DNA of 64,000 nt from Priapulus caudatus (GCF_000485595.1 NW_014577075.1:306235-370234); one strand, 5' to 3'; positions 26,491-39,420 are shown, counted from the first letter of the stretch. Notes: generated by a model not told the origin, from the sequence alone. Translations and numbers: made by a program.

Positions 26491-27273
26491 TGTACCGCCG
26501 GCGGAGGGAGGGAAGGGGTGTGCACGCAGTGACAGAGTCAGTGACGTAAACACACGACTAGTGCGACCACTTCCTAATAGAAGGAGGCGTTCACATCGTA
26601 TCCCTCAGCGCACGGTGGGGGAAAACCAACGCGCCTTTCCGCGAGCGAACCGCAGATCCATGAGTCACGGGTTTTCACGCTCAGAACATATAGGTTTTCG
26701 GCCGCATCCGCCTCGAAAATTCGAACTGCTTGCACGCGGAAGGCGACCGGCAGCACGTCCGAGGGCGGGCGGTCGGGCACGATCGTCGGCTAACGCGGCG
26801 AAAACAGCTCGGATGTCTGACGCATTCACGCGTCTGTCTGACGCATTCACGCGTCGCCGTACTGCGTCGTTTGATTAACTTCGTTTCCCTCCGCGATGCT
26901 TGACGACGCATTCACGCGCTGCAGCTGCATTGCGTCGTGGTTAAGGTCGCTTCGCTCGACGCAATGCTTGACGCATTCACGCGTCGCGATGCTGCGTCTT
27001 CTGTTACGTGATTACGTTCGCGGTTCTCTGCATGACGCCACGTTCTCGGCGATTTTGCCGATGGCTTCGTTTCTCGCCGTCTTCCGCTTACGCCGCGCGC
27101 CGCAATGATAGTTCTAGAGCTAGCATTCTTCCTGCTTGTCTTGTGGGCAGGAAGCAATTCGCCCCGTAGCCGTCTGCGTAGCAAACGACGTCAAAAACTG
27201 CCGACATCAGTCAGAATTTCCAGCTGAAATAACACACAGAGTTGCGGCGCGGTTTACCTATATATACATATGT

Positions 27274-27304
<31 letters not shown>

Positions 27305-27714
27305 CATATGTACATATGTGCACATATGTACATATGTGTATATATATATATATATATGCACTCTCTCGCCGCCTATCTACGGCGCTGTTACTACGGGGTC
27401 AAAATCAGCAGTGAGTGAACATCACTGCGTGACTGTGTGGTAGATAGTGTAATATCGCTATGGCATTGGTTATCGTTGGTTACGGTGGTCGTGGTACGGG
27501 AGCCGGTGTGCGCCATAGCGATGCTCCCGTCAATGAATAATTACGGGCCGCTACTTTGAAACGATGTCGACATTTTCAGGCACCGATTGCTGTTTACGTT
27601 TGCTGTTTTTCGCTTGCGCATTGTGTTCCTAACAGTGTTGTTGTTGTTTCCATAGGGACGAAGCAAAGAGGAGGAGGACGAGGAGGAGGAGGAGGAGGAG
27701 GAGGAGGAGGAGGA

Positions 27715-27787
27715 ATGGCGGAGAGGGTGTTGAATATCGTGCTGCTTCTGTTGCTAGGCCTGGTTCTCAGCACTGATGCAGCAAAAC
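27715..27787 (+). CDS. First coding exon of a secreted protein: signal peptide MAERVLNIVLLLLLGLVLSTDAAK
   Basis: Branch-like CCTAAC, T-rich tract and acceptor TTTCCATAG (ends 27655). (GGA)n 5'UTR, then ATG in GGAATGG context. Hydrophobic core with a small-residue cleavage site. Perfect GTAAGT donor at 27788 (phase 1). Confidence 0.7.
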
Positions 27788-30233
27788 GTAAGTATACCGC
27801 CGCAACTATCGCAAATTCTCTAGTTTACTGACAACGACGGACCAGGGAGCTGCTATCTAGTGGATTATAACCCCACCCATACTTTCGCGACTGCAGGTAT
27901 ACAATTTCTCCCATATGTAGCAAATGTTCCTCTCAGAATACGATAGAAATTGAATGAAATAGGAGTATTGTAAGTAAAAAAAAACCATCTAGATCTGCCC
28001 CCTCCCTCCGCTAGAGGACATACCTTTCACTGTTATTTCATTTGAATTTGCTAGACATTCTACTTGCACACCTTTTCCTGTGGGTCTTCAATTTACTCCG
28101 TCGAAATGTCAGACCTTTTCTAAATCAGATAGGTAATGCGTTTTTTAATGGTTATTGCATTATCTATGAGAAATCTAGCACCGGAAGGGTACCGAAAAAT
28201 ACCGGCGCCGTGCACTAATGGGTGATTTGTATTGCTAAAAATAACGGCTGGAACGCGCTGACGTGCATCTAAACGCTCACACCGAATGAAATGAGCAGCG
28301 CAGCTTCTGGGTTTCCTATAGCTATGGTGTTCAAGTTAGAGGTTGACATTATGTGCACAGTATTTTTCGTGTTCACTTGGCTAATGACTGCTACAGATGC
28401 CATGCCATGGGATTGAAAGCTGTTGTGATGCGAGTGCATTGAAAAGCATGATCTCGTTTGTGCAGTTGTACTAACTCTACCGCTGTATGTTACCTTGACA
28501 ACAAAGCACATTCATTATGTATTTGTTTGCTATATGTATGTTTGCCGTAGACGTGGTTCATCAGTACGGTTGGCACGTTGTATGGCTTCTCTTGCCTTCT
28601 CATCGCACGCAGCAGTGCAGCACGCCCTCTCAGATCTCTGCCGCGGCTCATTCTAGGCTGCTTTTCGCCGCGCACACGCACATTTTCGTGTATTTGCACA
28701 CACAGACATACACACGGACGCACGCGCAACGCATGCACGCACGCATGTATGCACGCGCACACGCACGCACACACGCACGCACGCACACACACACGCGCGC
28801 GCACACACGCACGCACACACACACACGCACGCACGCACACACAAACACACACACACACACACACATGTGTATTTTTATACATATAAACACAGCAACTCTC
28901 GTCGCTTCCGCAAATGTCAGCCAGACGGCTTCACGTCGTGGTCGCGAAGGTAACGTCACAACGCCGACGGCAGTCGATAGCTTTTCAAATATGCGCTGAA
29001 AAGCATCGCTGCGCCGAGACACTAGCGAGTGACCTGTGACATTTCGGCAGCAATGGCTCGGTGAGTGCGAGCCGCTGGTATAGGTGTGAAGAATGCTATT
29101 GTCTCGGGCATCCGAGCGCAGCGACTCGTCGGGTGGGGTGGAGTGGGGTGGGGTGGGGTGGGGTGGGGTGGGGTGGGTGGGGTGGAGGTTACAGGAGCAG
29201 GGGCGCGGAAGAGTGGCTGTCCTCTGATCTCCGGCTGGCTGGCTAGATGTTCTCACTGGACTGGACAAGTTTGATGGATGAGTGTGGAATAATACATGGC
29301 TTCATCGTTATCATCATCATCATCATCATCATCATCATCGTCATCATCATCATCATCATCATCATCATCGTCGTCATCATCGGGAAAGAGAGAGAGAGAG
29401 AGCNNNNNNNNNNNNNNNNNNNNNNNNNNNNNNNNNNNNNNNNNNNNNNNNNNNNNNNNNNNNNNNNNNNNNNNNNNNNNNNNNNNNNNNNNNNNNNNNN
29501 NNNNNNNNNNNNNNNNNNNNNNNNNNNNNNNNNNNNNNNNNNNNNNNNNNNNNNNNNNNNNNNNNNNNNNNNNNNNNNNNNNNNNNNNNNNNNNNNNNNN
29601 NNNNNNNNNNNNNNNNNNNNNNNNNNNNNNNNNNNNNNNNNNNNNNNNNNNNNNNNNNNNNNNNNNNNNNNNNNNNNNNNNNNNNNNNNNNNNNNNNNNN
29701 NNNNNNNNNNNNNNNNNNNNNNNNNNNNNNNNNNNNNNNNNNNNNNNNNNNNNNNNNNNNNNNNNNNNNNNNNNNNNNNNNNNNNNNNNNNNNNNNNNNN
29801 NNNNNNNNNNNNNNNNNNNNNNNNNNNNNNNNNNNNNNNNNNNNNNNNNNNNNNNNNNNNNNNNNNNNNNNNNNNNNNNNNNNNNNNNNNNNNNNNNNNN
29901 NNNNNNNNNNNNNNNNNNNNNNNNNNNNNNNNNNNNNNNNNNNNNNNNNNNNNNNNNNNNNNNNNNNNNNNNNNNNNNNNNNNNNNNNNNNNNNNNNNNN
30001 NNNNNNNNNNNNNNNNNNNNNNNNNNNNNNNNNNNNNNNNNNNNNNNNNNNNNNNNNNNNNNNNNNNNNNNNNNNNNNNNNNNNNNNNNNNNNNNNNNNN
30101 NNNNNNNNNNNNNNNNNNNNNNNNNNNNNNNNNNNNNNNNNNNNNNNNNNNNNNNNNNNNNNNNNNNNNNNNNNNNNNNNNNNNNNNNNNNNNNNNNNNN
30201 NNNNNNNNNNNNNNNNNNNNNNNNNNNNNNNNN

Positions 30234-30294
<61 letters not shown>

Positions 30295-32179
30295 AAGCTC
30301 ACACTAGGAGTGGAGGAAAGCAGTGAGACCAAACACCGCTCGCTCAGTCATTCAACTAAATCGCACACCCACCACTTCTTAGGCATCCACCCACTCACCA
30401 CATTCTTTCGTTCCGTAGGCTTCGATTGTAATTCCCTATAAAAGAAGGTACACAACGTGTTGGCTGATATCTTATCTTTGCTCGAAATACAGACGCTCTA
30501 TTACCATCGTGTAGAGACAGGGTATACCAGTCAACACAACTTAGGGTAATCCTTGTCGTAAAAAAAGTCATCATTGTCATTCTTCTCAGATAGGCCTGTC
30601 TGATAAATTGTCGCATATATGCTTACGTCACGCAGCTAAAGTGCTATATAAGGACATGCATGAGTCATCGGAATGATTTATCTTTGTGCCGATGTGCGAT
30701 TTTCTGCAGATTGTGGTAACAGAACGGAAATGTCCGTATTGCATTCCTACCCCGTCTTTTTCCCACACTGACGGTTATTTGCGGCTTGCTCGATCAGCTC
30801 TATGTTTAAAATGTTCCCGTAAATGGTACTCGCATTTTATATAGAGAAAGTATAAAGTGTGAAAAGACTATTATGGTTTCGTGTAACTCGATCTGAGGAC
30901 ATTCTTTCTAGTTTGCTACGGCGTCAGATTAAAAAACAGCAACGATGCATTCTTAACTGATATAATGAGAACTGATCGCGCACAATAATTCGAATAACCC
31001 GGCTTTGTGTATCTACCGATCTTATCGGATAAGAGTTCGAGGATGCATGTATTACTATAACTTTCTATTCCTAAAACGTACAAATGTCTCTTTTTACAGA
31101 TATATATACTTTTCGTATAAAGATGGCGTAGTATAGTCACTTTTAACACGCGAAGGGAAATGCCCTCCCCTCCCGGGGACTCCAGTCTCAAGTAACGGTT
31201 CTCATGCACCGATAAGCGAGCGAGTGAGTGAGTGTACGTGACGTCTACCCTTGGTTCCCGCGCGTGTCACTCACCTCTGCGTGCCAGACGCCAACTAGCA
31301 CACGAGAGTGACGTCATAGTTTTGAAATTATGAATTTAGATTTTTTATTTTTATTTTTTTTCTTATTTATTATTTGAAGTCACTATACGTTGTCTAGAGG
31401 CGACCCGACGACAGAGGAGACTTGCAATCTGTCTATAATAAGTTCACGTTGACATCCATGCATGCGTATAGTGCATTGGTGTTGGCTATGGAATGTATAC
31501 TAAGACAGATTCCAAAAGTCGTCGTGAATGAGCGCGCAAGGTGTTATCAACCCGTACCTTGCTTCTCATCGACTTATTCGGGTCAGTCCATGCATGGCCG
31601 CGGAATGTACGTGTAAATGAGAAGGTGGTTCGATTAATTAATTAATGCCTTTTGTCAACACCGCTGCTATTTCTGCAGCGTCTGGGTGACCCGTGTGTTG
31701 TTGCTGCTGCTGCCACCGTCGTCACTCGTGAGTGGAGAAATCTGTTACCCACGCGTGCGTGTACGCACGAGCGCGTGGATTTTGCAGGGAGGAGGAATCT
31801 GTGCTACACGTGTGTGCATGTGAGAGAGAGAGAGAGAGAGAGAATTCCGATTCTCGAACTCGCTCTCGGCGGCGATGCGATGTGGTCAGCTTTTTAGCGA
31901 TCGCATCGCTCATTTCTTGGGGAGTATTTACAACGGTATAGCATCTCGCATGTGGCGCGCAGCCGTGCGAACATTCCAAGGCACCCATTCCTCGCAAACC
32001 AACTACAGATTTATCCGTGCATCCATCCCCGCGCACGTCTCTTACTGTATACTGCACAAACTGACGTCTTCGTATAGCAACGATAGTAGTAGTATTCCGC
32101 ACATAGACTGATCCAAGAAGTCTCCGGCTGCCGTCTATACGCGAGACTGCTGCGATGTTTCAGCGTGTGCCTGCGTCAG

Positions 32180-32400
32180 CCGTTGATCTCTCAACGACCC
32201 TTGGAGTCAGTCTAGCCCAGGTGGGCAATATACAATCGGGCGTACGACGAGCATACACCTACAGAGGTCACCTTCATAGACGCGACACACGATATCTTCA
32301 CCATTTATTCATTTATTCATATCTTATAAGGTCATCGGACTTTGCGATAACGTTAAGACAAAGAAGGCTAGACCAGCTGGTGCGTCCGTCGCTAACAGAC
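32180..32400 (+). CDS. Candidate exon 2: start of a TSPN/laminin-G-like domain
   Basis: Acceptor GTCAG at 32175-32179 is phase-compatible with exon 1 and gives (P)VDLSTTLGVSLAQVGNIQSGVRRAYTYR...LIRSSDFAITLRQ. This resembles the PVD/L...GV..AY/F...DFSI pattern of TSPN domains. The 3' end is uncertain. Confidence 0.45.
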
Positions 32401-33295
32401 TAGTTACACGAATTAATCCTAGAATAGACCAACTCATAATGACGATGTGCTATAGTGTGGAATATGCGCCCATGTAGTATATCTGTGCATATATATATAT
32501 ATATTATATATATATAGGAAACTATTACAACAATACGCGCATGAGTTGACGGTCGGTCCTACTAGCACAGTATAGTCGCGGCTGTGCGAAGACAGCCATC
32601 TCGCGTTGACAAAATTCTGTCATCATGAATAAGAATAATCGGCTGTCGTGCGGTACGGTAACGAGCGCCATCACCTCGGGTCAGTGTCCCAGATCGACAC
32701 CCGCAGTTAATGACCGCCATTTACTATAATCACCGTCGAATTAACTGCAGTTTTGATCGGTGTCGTCGCTCAGCGGGAGAAGCGGTCTTTGCGTCATAAC
32801 TTGATTGAAATGCGACGCGAAGGCGAACCTCGCCGGGAAACGACATCCACTTCCTTTAATTTGTTTTGCGCGCGAGAGATAACTCTGCGACGTGTAGTCG
32901 ATTTATAAGGTTTCGCCTGTCGGCGCACGTAGCAGACGCACAGTGACGCACACGCTTAAAGTTGATATATATTACCTGAGGGAGTGTGTGCGTGCGTGCG
33001 TGTGCGTGCGTGTGTGCGCGAGCGTGCAACAGTTCCTCTCCGTTGCTCGCTGCCTGTAATTTTCTCGAGCCCGTGTTTTCTGACTGTGTATGGGGTTAGC
33101 GGGGATGGGGAGAGGTGCGGGGCGGAGCTAGCCTTGTAGTCGCCACCGCCGACAGCTAATCTTCGCAGCTGATCGAGTAGAGTAGAGAGAACATTTTCTA
33201 ACGTCGCAAGAGATTCGCGGTGACGTATCTCCGAGCCGCTTTCTCGCGTCTGCTGCGTGTTTATTACACCTGCACGCGACAGGTGCGTCCGTAAA

Positions 33296-33338
<43 letters not shown>

Positions 33339-33439
33339 TGTGTGCGTGCATGAATGCGTGCGTGCGTGCGCACATAATGGCAGCAGCAGGTTGGCGACAA
33401 TGGCATTTTTAGCGTAGTCTGACTGCGTGAGTCGTAGAG

Positions 33440-33800
33440 AATTAACCTGTGGGATTAGGAATATGGACTGTTGGAAACGGTCTCTATATCTAGTGCGGTC
33501 AACGCGGAATTTCGTCTCTTTAACGCGATTTGTATCTAACCAGTTTTCTTGTACTAGAGCAAGTACTGCTTCAAACAACAATGCGATACTCAATGTTGAT
33601 TTAATGTTCCGTGAGATGGAACTGGGGTTCGATTCTAATTATCACTTTTCGTATTTGATTTCGTATTTTAATTTTCGTTTCGCAAGATTGCCTAGTTGTT
33701 ATAAACAAGAGTCTAGTCAAAGCAATTTCTTGTCTGCGTTCGTGTCTACACAGATGTGGACTATAGTGTGTGAGCCTCGCGCGTCGCATCTTCTCCTTCA
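33440..33800 (-). pseudogene. Decayed 3' end of a LINE ORF2 (CR1/L2 group)
   Basis: Minus-strand fragments in the expected order: RARLTHYSPHL (cf. RPxLEYxxPxW), IRNQIRKVIIRIEP (cf. ERIQKRALRIIxP) and RTRYRDRFQQSIFLIPQ (cf. RTxRFKNSFIP). Frameshifted. Confidence 0.5.
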
Positions 33801-33846
33801 CGGTGTCGCTGTTTCATCATCGCGCCACCTGTCGTCATCGTACGTG

Positions 33847-34143
33847 CAACATGTTCTGCTTGCATCTATGACGAATACGACATACGCATATATACGCTCT
33901 CCTATGACACTATTTGTCATAGGAAGATTCTTTCTATGAGAAATATTGGCGAGTCAACTTCGTTCCGCTTTACAGCTGAAATTCACTGCTTGCGTTTATA
34001 ATAGCGCTCCTAAACGCCTATGATGCGCACAACACATACAACAATATTTGTCATAGGAAGAATCTTCCCATGACAAATTGTGTCATAGGAGAGCGTATAT
34101 ATGCGTATGTCGTATTTGTCATAGATGTAAGCAGAACAGGCTG
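33847..34143. mobile_element. MITE with ~100-bp TIRs, CA..TG ends and 7-bp TSD (P-superfamily-like)
   Basis: CAACATGTTCTGCTTGCATCTATGAC... pairs with ...GTCATAGATGTAAGCAGAACAGGCTG. Perfect GTACGTG on both sides (33840-33846, 34144-34150). Confidence 0.8.
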
Positions 34144-34278
34144 GTACGTGCGTGGTCGGCGGCGGGTCGGCCGGGCTGCGAAATTTTTTTTCCCACTTGA
34201 GTTCCGGACCACAGCCAATCAGCGCACTCCATTCACTCGACTTCCTTGAAGCAACAATGTAAAATGAATACCCCCTAT

Positions 34279-34344
34279 CCCTAACCCTAACCCTAACCCT
34301 AACCCTAACCCTAACCCTAACCCTAACCCTAACCCTAACCCTAA
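34279..34344. repeat. Interstitial telomere-type repeat (CCCTAA)11
   Basis: 11 perfect hexamers. Confidence 0.95.
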
Positions 34345-35644
34345 TATTTGTGCTGACGTAGGAGGTCAGCCATGCTGACGCAGTTGGGAAATCTGTCTCT
34401 TGCACGCGCATTGACGGGCAAGTTCTGTCACCGACTCTGACAGATTGCGGCGTGAATTTATCGACTCTAATCGTAGGCGATGAGTTTCGCTTACAATGAC
34501 TGATCCGATCCAATCGCCGCAACCCATCGTTTGGGCTTGACTCATTTCGCTCGTTGCCACTGATTGCACGGAGGTGATCACGACATGAAATATATCGCTT
34601 GACAGGCCACACGTCAGCATCACGTCACGTTCATGCAGTACCGCACAGCCGTCGCCAGAGGAAATCACGTTTGACGGGGTTTATCATGACATTGGAGACA
34701 TAGATTTCTCACGTCCTCGAAGGCCATGTCTCAAATGCCATGGTAAAACCTCGTATTACAATCACATTGTTATTTTCCGACTTGTATTTTGGAGGGCTGC
34801 CCTGTCGCATGAGCAAGACACTTTTCCACGTACGATGAATGGGGATGACTCCGATATTGATGTAGGCGTACCCATGATAATAGGTAAATGGTAAATCAAC
34901 GAGCTAACTCAGGCATCTTTTTATCGTAGTCATCGAATTTTTTCTACGTTGTTTACGCCTCTAGGACTGTTCACTTAATGTGAGGCATGGAGGTGTAACA
35001 TACACGCACGCGTATATACGTGTGTGTGTGTATACATACGACAACCAACTTGATAGACCGGCACAGTGTTTCTCATTATATTATTATAATGGATTATGAT
35101 ATATAAATATAATATATTATTATATTATAGGATGGCGTCTGGCCATTATAGGCGTCTAGTTATAGTATTTTACGTTAAACGGTCGTATTTGGGATAACTG
35201 TCCGCTATTATGTGCTATTCTCTCTGCCAGAGTCATTTTTCCTCTCGAAACTATAAAGAAGAAACGTATTTTACAGTTTGGTTGAGATTTTATAGGCGCA
35301 TAAACATTTTCATACTGTCTCGTTCACAAGATCTTGATATATATCTCAAAAGATCTTGATTAATTATGGAATTTCCGGAAATTCGAAGCTCCTGTCTTTT
35401 AATTTTACAATTTTGCTTTAATTATACAAAAATTGCGATGTGGCGATGATGATAAAAATGACGCGGCCGCCGCATCCGACGACGATGATGACGACTCTAC
35501 AATAATCGGCGTCAAACGATACGACGGTGATACAGAGTTTAGCTCGGAGGCGTATGTAGTTTTCAGTATGAAATGACTTTCATCAATCTCGCGCGTGCAG
35601 CGCGAGGAGGAGAGATCGTGAAAATGTTCAGCACGTGGGCGTGA

Positions 35645-35653
35645 GTGCGTGTG

Positions 35654-35704
<51 letters not shown>

Positions 35705-35931
35705 TGTTTGGTGCTGTGTGATGGTGTGTGTGTGTGTGTGGCCGGCGCGCGCGTGCTGCTGGTTGTGTGGTGTGTGTGTGTGTGTGGCTGTGGGTTGGTT
35801 GTGGGTGGCGTGGCGTCGTTGCGTGCGTGCGTGCGCGTGGCGTGCGTGCGTGCGTGCGTGCGTGCGTGTTGTGTGTGTGTGTGTGGGGCGTGAGCGTGCG
35901 CGTTCGACGCTGCGCGGGCGTGGTGCGTGTG

Positions 35932-35966
<35 letters not shown>

Positions 35967-35991
35967 TGTGTCGTGAGTAAGAGAGCTCCGC

Positions 35992-36023
<32 letters not shown>

Positions 36024-36092
36024 CGAGAGAGAGAGATAGAGAGAGAGGAGAGGGAGGCGAGAGAGATAGAGAGAGAGAGTGCGGCGGCGTGC

Positions 36093-36124
<32 letters not shown>

Positions 36125-36150
36125 CGAGAGAGAGAGAGAGACGAGAGAGA
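35645..36150. repeat. (GT)n/(GCGT)n followed by (GA)n degenerate microsatellites
   Basis: Direct reading. Confidence 0.9.
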
Positions 36151-36231
36151 GGCGCGCGCGCACAGCGCACATCAACGCACGCGCCAGCGAGGCATAGCTT
36201 ACTCGTAGTTGAATTGCATTGAGCCTTGCAG

Positions 36232-36414
36232 GCTGACGTGGGTGGTTGAGAATCAAATGTTGAGCTCAGCTACAGGGTCCGCGGGAGTCGTCGTCAGTCC
36301 GCGATATACAAAGTTCACGTGGATGAAGCCCAGGTCGTTGAATCTCACGATCGAGATTAGGATTGCCGTGCAAAGACTTCCAGAGTATAGTCCGCGGTGG
36401 CTGCCACCTCACGG
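36232..36414 (+). CDS. Candidate exon: middle of a TSPN/laminin-G-like domain (frameshifted in this assembly)
   Basis: Acceptor CCTTGCAG. Fragments across frames read RLTWVVENQ / NVELSYRVRGSRRQSAIYKVHVDE / SLNLTIEIR / IVRGGC, following the TSPN order (xLxY ... WHxLxLxV ... LYVDC). Needs several frameshifts. Confidence 0.35.
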
Positions 36415-37003
36415 GTACCCGAGCTAGATTATCAACAGCTAATAATAACCTACTAATGTAGTAATAGCTCTTGATATTATCTAGTTTATGCGTATATATA
36501 CAAGGGGGACGCGATCGGAGCAATGAAGATTTCGGGGATGCCCGGGTCGCACAACGCGTTAGAAATCTGTGGAGATATCAGTGGGCTGCCTGCCACTTGT
36601 TCGCTGCGCCCGCCCGCGCCCGCGCCCGCGCGAGCGGCGGTAGTTTTATCACTGGCTTCCTGTATGCCGCTATCGGACCACATGCCTCGTTAGAATTGTA
36701 AATATTTGGGATACGCTGTTACAAACGATGTCAGCAAGTCGTGTCTGCAGTGATGGATGCTGCTTAGATGATGCGGGTAGCGCAGTGAGTGACTGCGACT
36801 GCAGCAACGCGGTCAGCAGCCGCGAGGCTGGATACCATACGGCGCCGACCCCGCCTCTCGGCCATTCCCTGCGCCACTGGACTCACCGCGCCGTGTCGAC
36901 GCCGAGCAGCGAGTAGTTGCAACGCAGGGTAGCCGTCCGCAGTGGGCCCACCGCGGTGGCACTGTGAGATTACCTGGCGTGGCCTACGGTTCTCGCACTG
37001 CAG

Positions 37004-37080
37004 TTTACGTGCGGGCGAAGACGGTGTCGCGGATCAGGGTATCGTGGGCGTGCATGCTCGCGAGCGTCAAGTTCGGCTGA
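37004..37080 (+). CDS. Candidate exon: C-terminal strand of a TSPN domain
   Basis: Acceptor TTCTCGCACTGCAG, then YVRAKTVSRIRVSWACMLASVKFG, similar to the FxGxLQxVxFxF end of TSPN. An in-frame TGA at 37078 implies an error or a wrong call. Confidence 0.3.
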
Positions 37081-37436
37081 TGTTTCTTCTCGCTCGGATT
37101 TTCATTAGCCTTTATCATCGCCGTCGGACCCGTCATCGCTGTAAACGGCCCGACCATTTTAACTCGATCTTGACTGAGTTGGCGGTCTGGTGGGAGCGCA
37201 GCGTTTTGTAAACCGGTGGGGTTGGAACTTTTATATAATTCTAATGAGTGGTGTAGGTCGGGTCGTGTGATTCTGTTCGAGTATTGTATATGCGTATGCA
37301 TATGTGTATGCGTGTGTGCGTGTGTGTGTGCGTGCATGCGTGCGTGCGTGTGTGTGTGTTCGTGCGTGCGTGCGCGTGCGTGTGCGTGCGCGTGCGTACG
37401 CGTGCGCGTGCAGCGTGGAGGCTATACGCCCAGCAC

Positions 37437-38556
37437 TATGGGAGGGGATATGTGTTAAAATTCAAACGTTCAATTGATCGATCGATTGTTCAATTGAACA
37501 GTCGTTTAATCATTCAAACGTTCAATTGATCGATCGATTGTTCAATTGAACAGTCGTTTAATCATTCAAACGTTCAATTGATTGATTGATTGATTGTTCA
37601 ATTGAACAGTCAATTTAATCATTCAAACGTTCAATTGATCGATTGATTGTTCAATTGAACAGTCAATTTAATCATTCAAACGTTCAATTGATCGATTGAT
37701 TGTTCAATTGAACAGTCGTTTAATCATTCAAACGTTCAATTGAGCAATTAAATAACGAATTGCCAAATTGAATTGCCGAATTGACGATTTGACGAATTGA
37801 CGAATTGACGAATCAAAGGCACGAATACTGAATAGGCGTATTGAATCATCAACCGACAATCGCAAGCTTCGGCCTCGGCAATTGCTCGATAGACCAGCCT
37901 CGGCAATTGCTCGATAGACGAGCCTCGGCAATTGCTCGATAGACGAGCCTCGGCAATAGCTCGATAGACGAGCCTCGGCAATTACTCGATTGACCAGCCT
38001 CGGCAATTGCTCGATAGACCAGCCTCGGCAATTGCTCCATTGACGAGCCTCGGCAATTGCTCGATAGACGGGTCTCGGCAATTGCTCCATTCCATGATTC
38101 AATACGCCTATTCAGTATTCGTGCCTTTGATTTGTCAATTCGTCAATTCGTCAAATCGTCAATTCGGCGATTCAATTTGGCAATTCGTTATTTAATTGCT
38201 CAATTGAACGTATGAATGATTAAACGACTGTTCAATTAAACAATCAATCGATCAATTGAACGTTTGAATGATTAAATTGACTGTTCAATTAAACAATCAA
38301 TCGATCAATTGAACGTTTGAATGATTAAATTGACTGTTCAATTGAACAATCAATCGATCATATTAAACGTTTGAATAATTAAAACGACTGTTCAATTGAA
38401 CAATCAAATCCGATCAATTGAACGTTGAATGATTAATTGATGTTCATATTGAGCAATCATCGATCAATTAAACGTTTGAATAATTAAACGACTGTTCAAT
38501 TGAACAATCAATCGATCAATTGAACGTTTGAATTTTGACACATATCTTCTCTCATA
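37437..38556. mobile_element. 1.12-kb foldback non-autonomous element, IS3EU-like
   Basis: Termini TATGGGAGGGGATATGTGTTAAAATTCAAACG / CGTTTGAATTTTGACACATATCTTCTCTCATA. Perfect 6-bp TSD CAGCAC (37431-37436, 38557-38562). Arms are built from ~53-bp tandem units and the centre from ~9 copies of a 25-bp unit. TAY..RTA ends with a 6-bp TSD are the IS3EU signature. Confidence 0.8.
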
Positions 38557-39420
38557 CAGCACAGCTATAGCGGTCGTTGTTCAAATTGCGCGGCCGTGTC
38601 AGTTCTCGTTCTGTCAGATTCTCTCTGATAAGCAGCGCGGTTCCTGTGCAAAGCCGAAATCGAGCCGCAAACGGCCTGATGCGGAAAATAACCCCTTCCG
38701 AGCGCACCAGCGAGGGAATAAGGGACGTCTTTCACGGCGTAGTCTGCCGCGCGACGCTACGATGCGAACGCCGGCTTTTTCGGCGCGCGCGTATCATTCA
38801 TATTTATTTTACGTTTACATCTGAGCTTACGCTGTCAGTGGCGAGACCCGGCGCGTCTGTGACCTTTCCGCGGGGGAAAAAAAGAAACGAGATACGAACA
38901 ATAGCGTCGTGCGGACGCTCGCGTTCAGAGGTAAACGTAGCAGCGGTAATAGGCAGGTGCGTGGCGGTGGTGGTTTCACCGTGTCACTCGCTAGCGTACG
39001 CTGCCGTCGGTTAGTCTAAAAGCTCACTGTAAGTGAACGAACTGAAATTAGATGCATTGGTGAGGTGGGAATTTGGGGTCGAGTAGGTGTTGATGTGGGA
39101 GGAGGGAGGGGAGGGGAGGGGAAAGGGATGGGAAAGGTGATGCAACCAGCACCGCGTGCGCAACCGGCGAGGTTGACCGGCCATTTTGAGCTCGTTGTGC
39201 GCGTAGATTTGTTTAGGCGTTAAGTAAGCATTGACGAGCTCTCTTGCGAACGTGCCAGCGCGATGAATCACACGATGACGGCCGGAAGACACCGATTAAA
39301 ATCTAAAGTTGGAATCGCGGTGCGCGCTAATCGTCGCCGCATGGATGGCTACCTGAGCACAGAACCTGTGTTGTATATAGGCGCTCCACCTAGGCGATAG
39401 GAAAGTGGCGAACGACACCA

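Noticed and set aside
35326..35358. CAAGATCTTG...AAGATCTTG 32-bp CA..TG micro-palindrome
   Set aside because: Size fits the footprint class, but the flanks show no duplication, so it was not counted.
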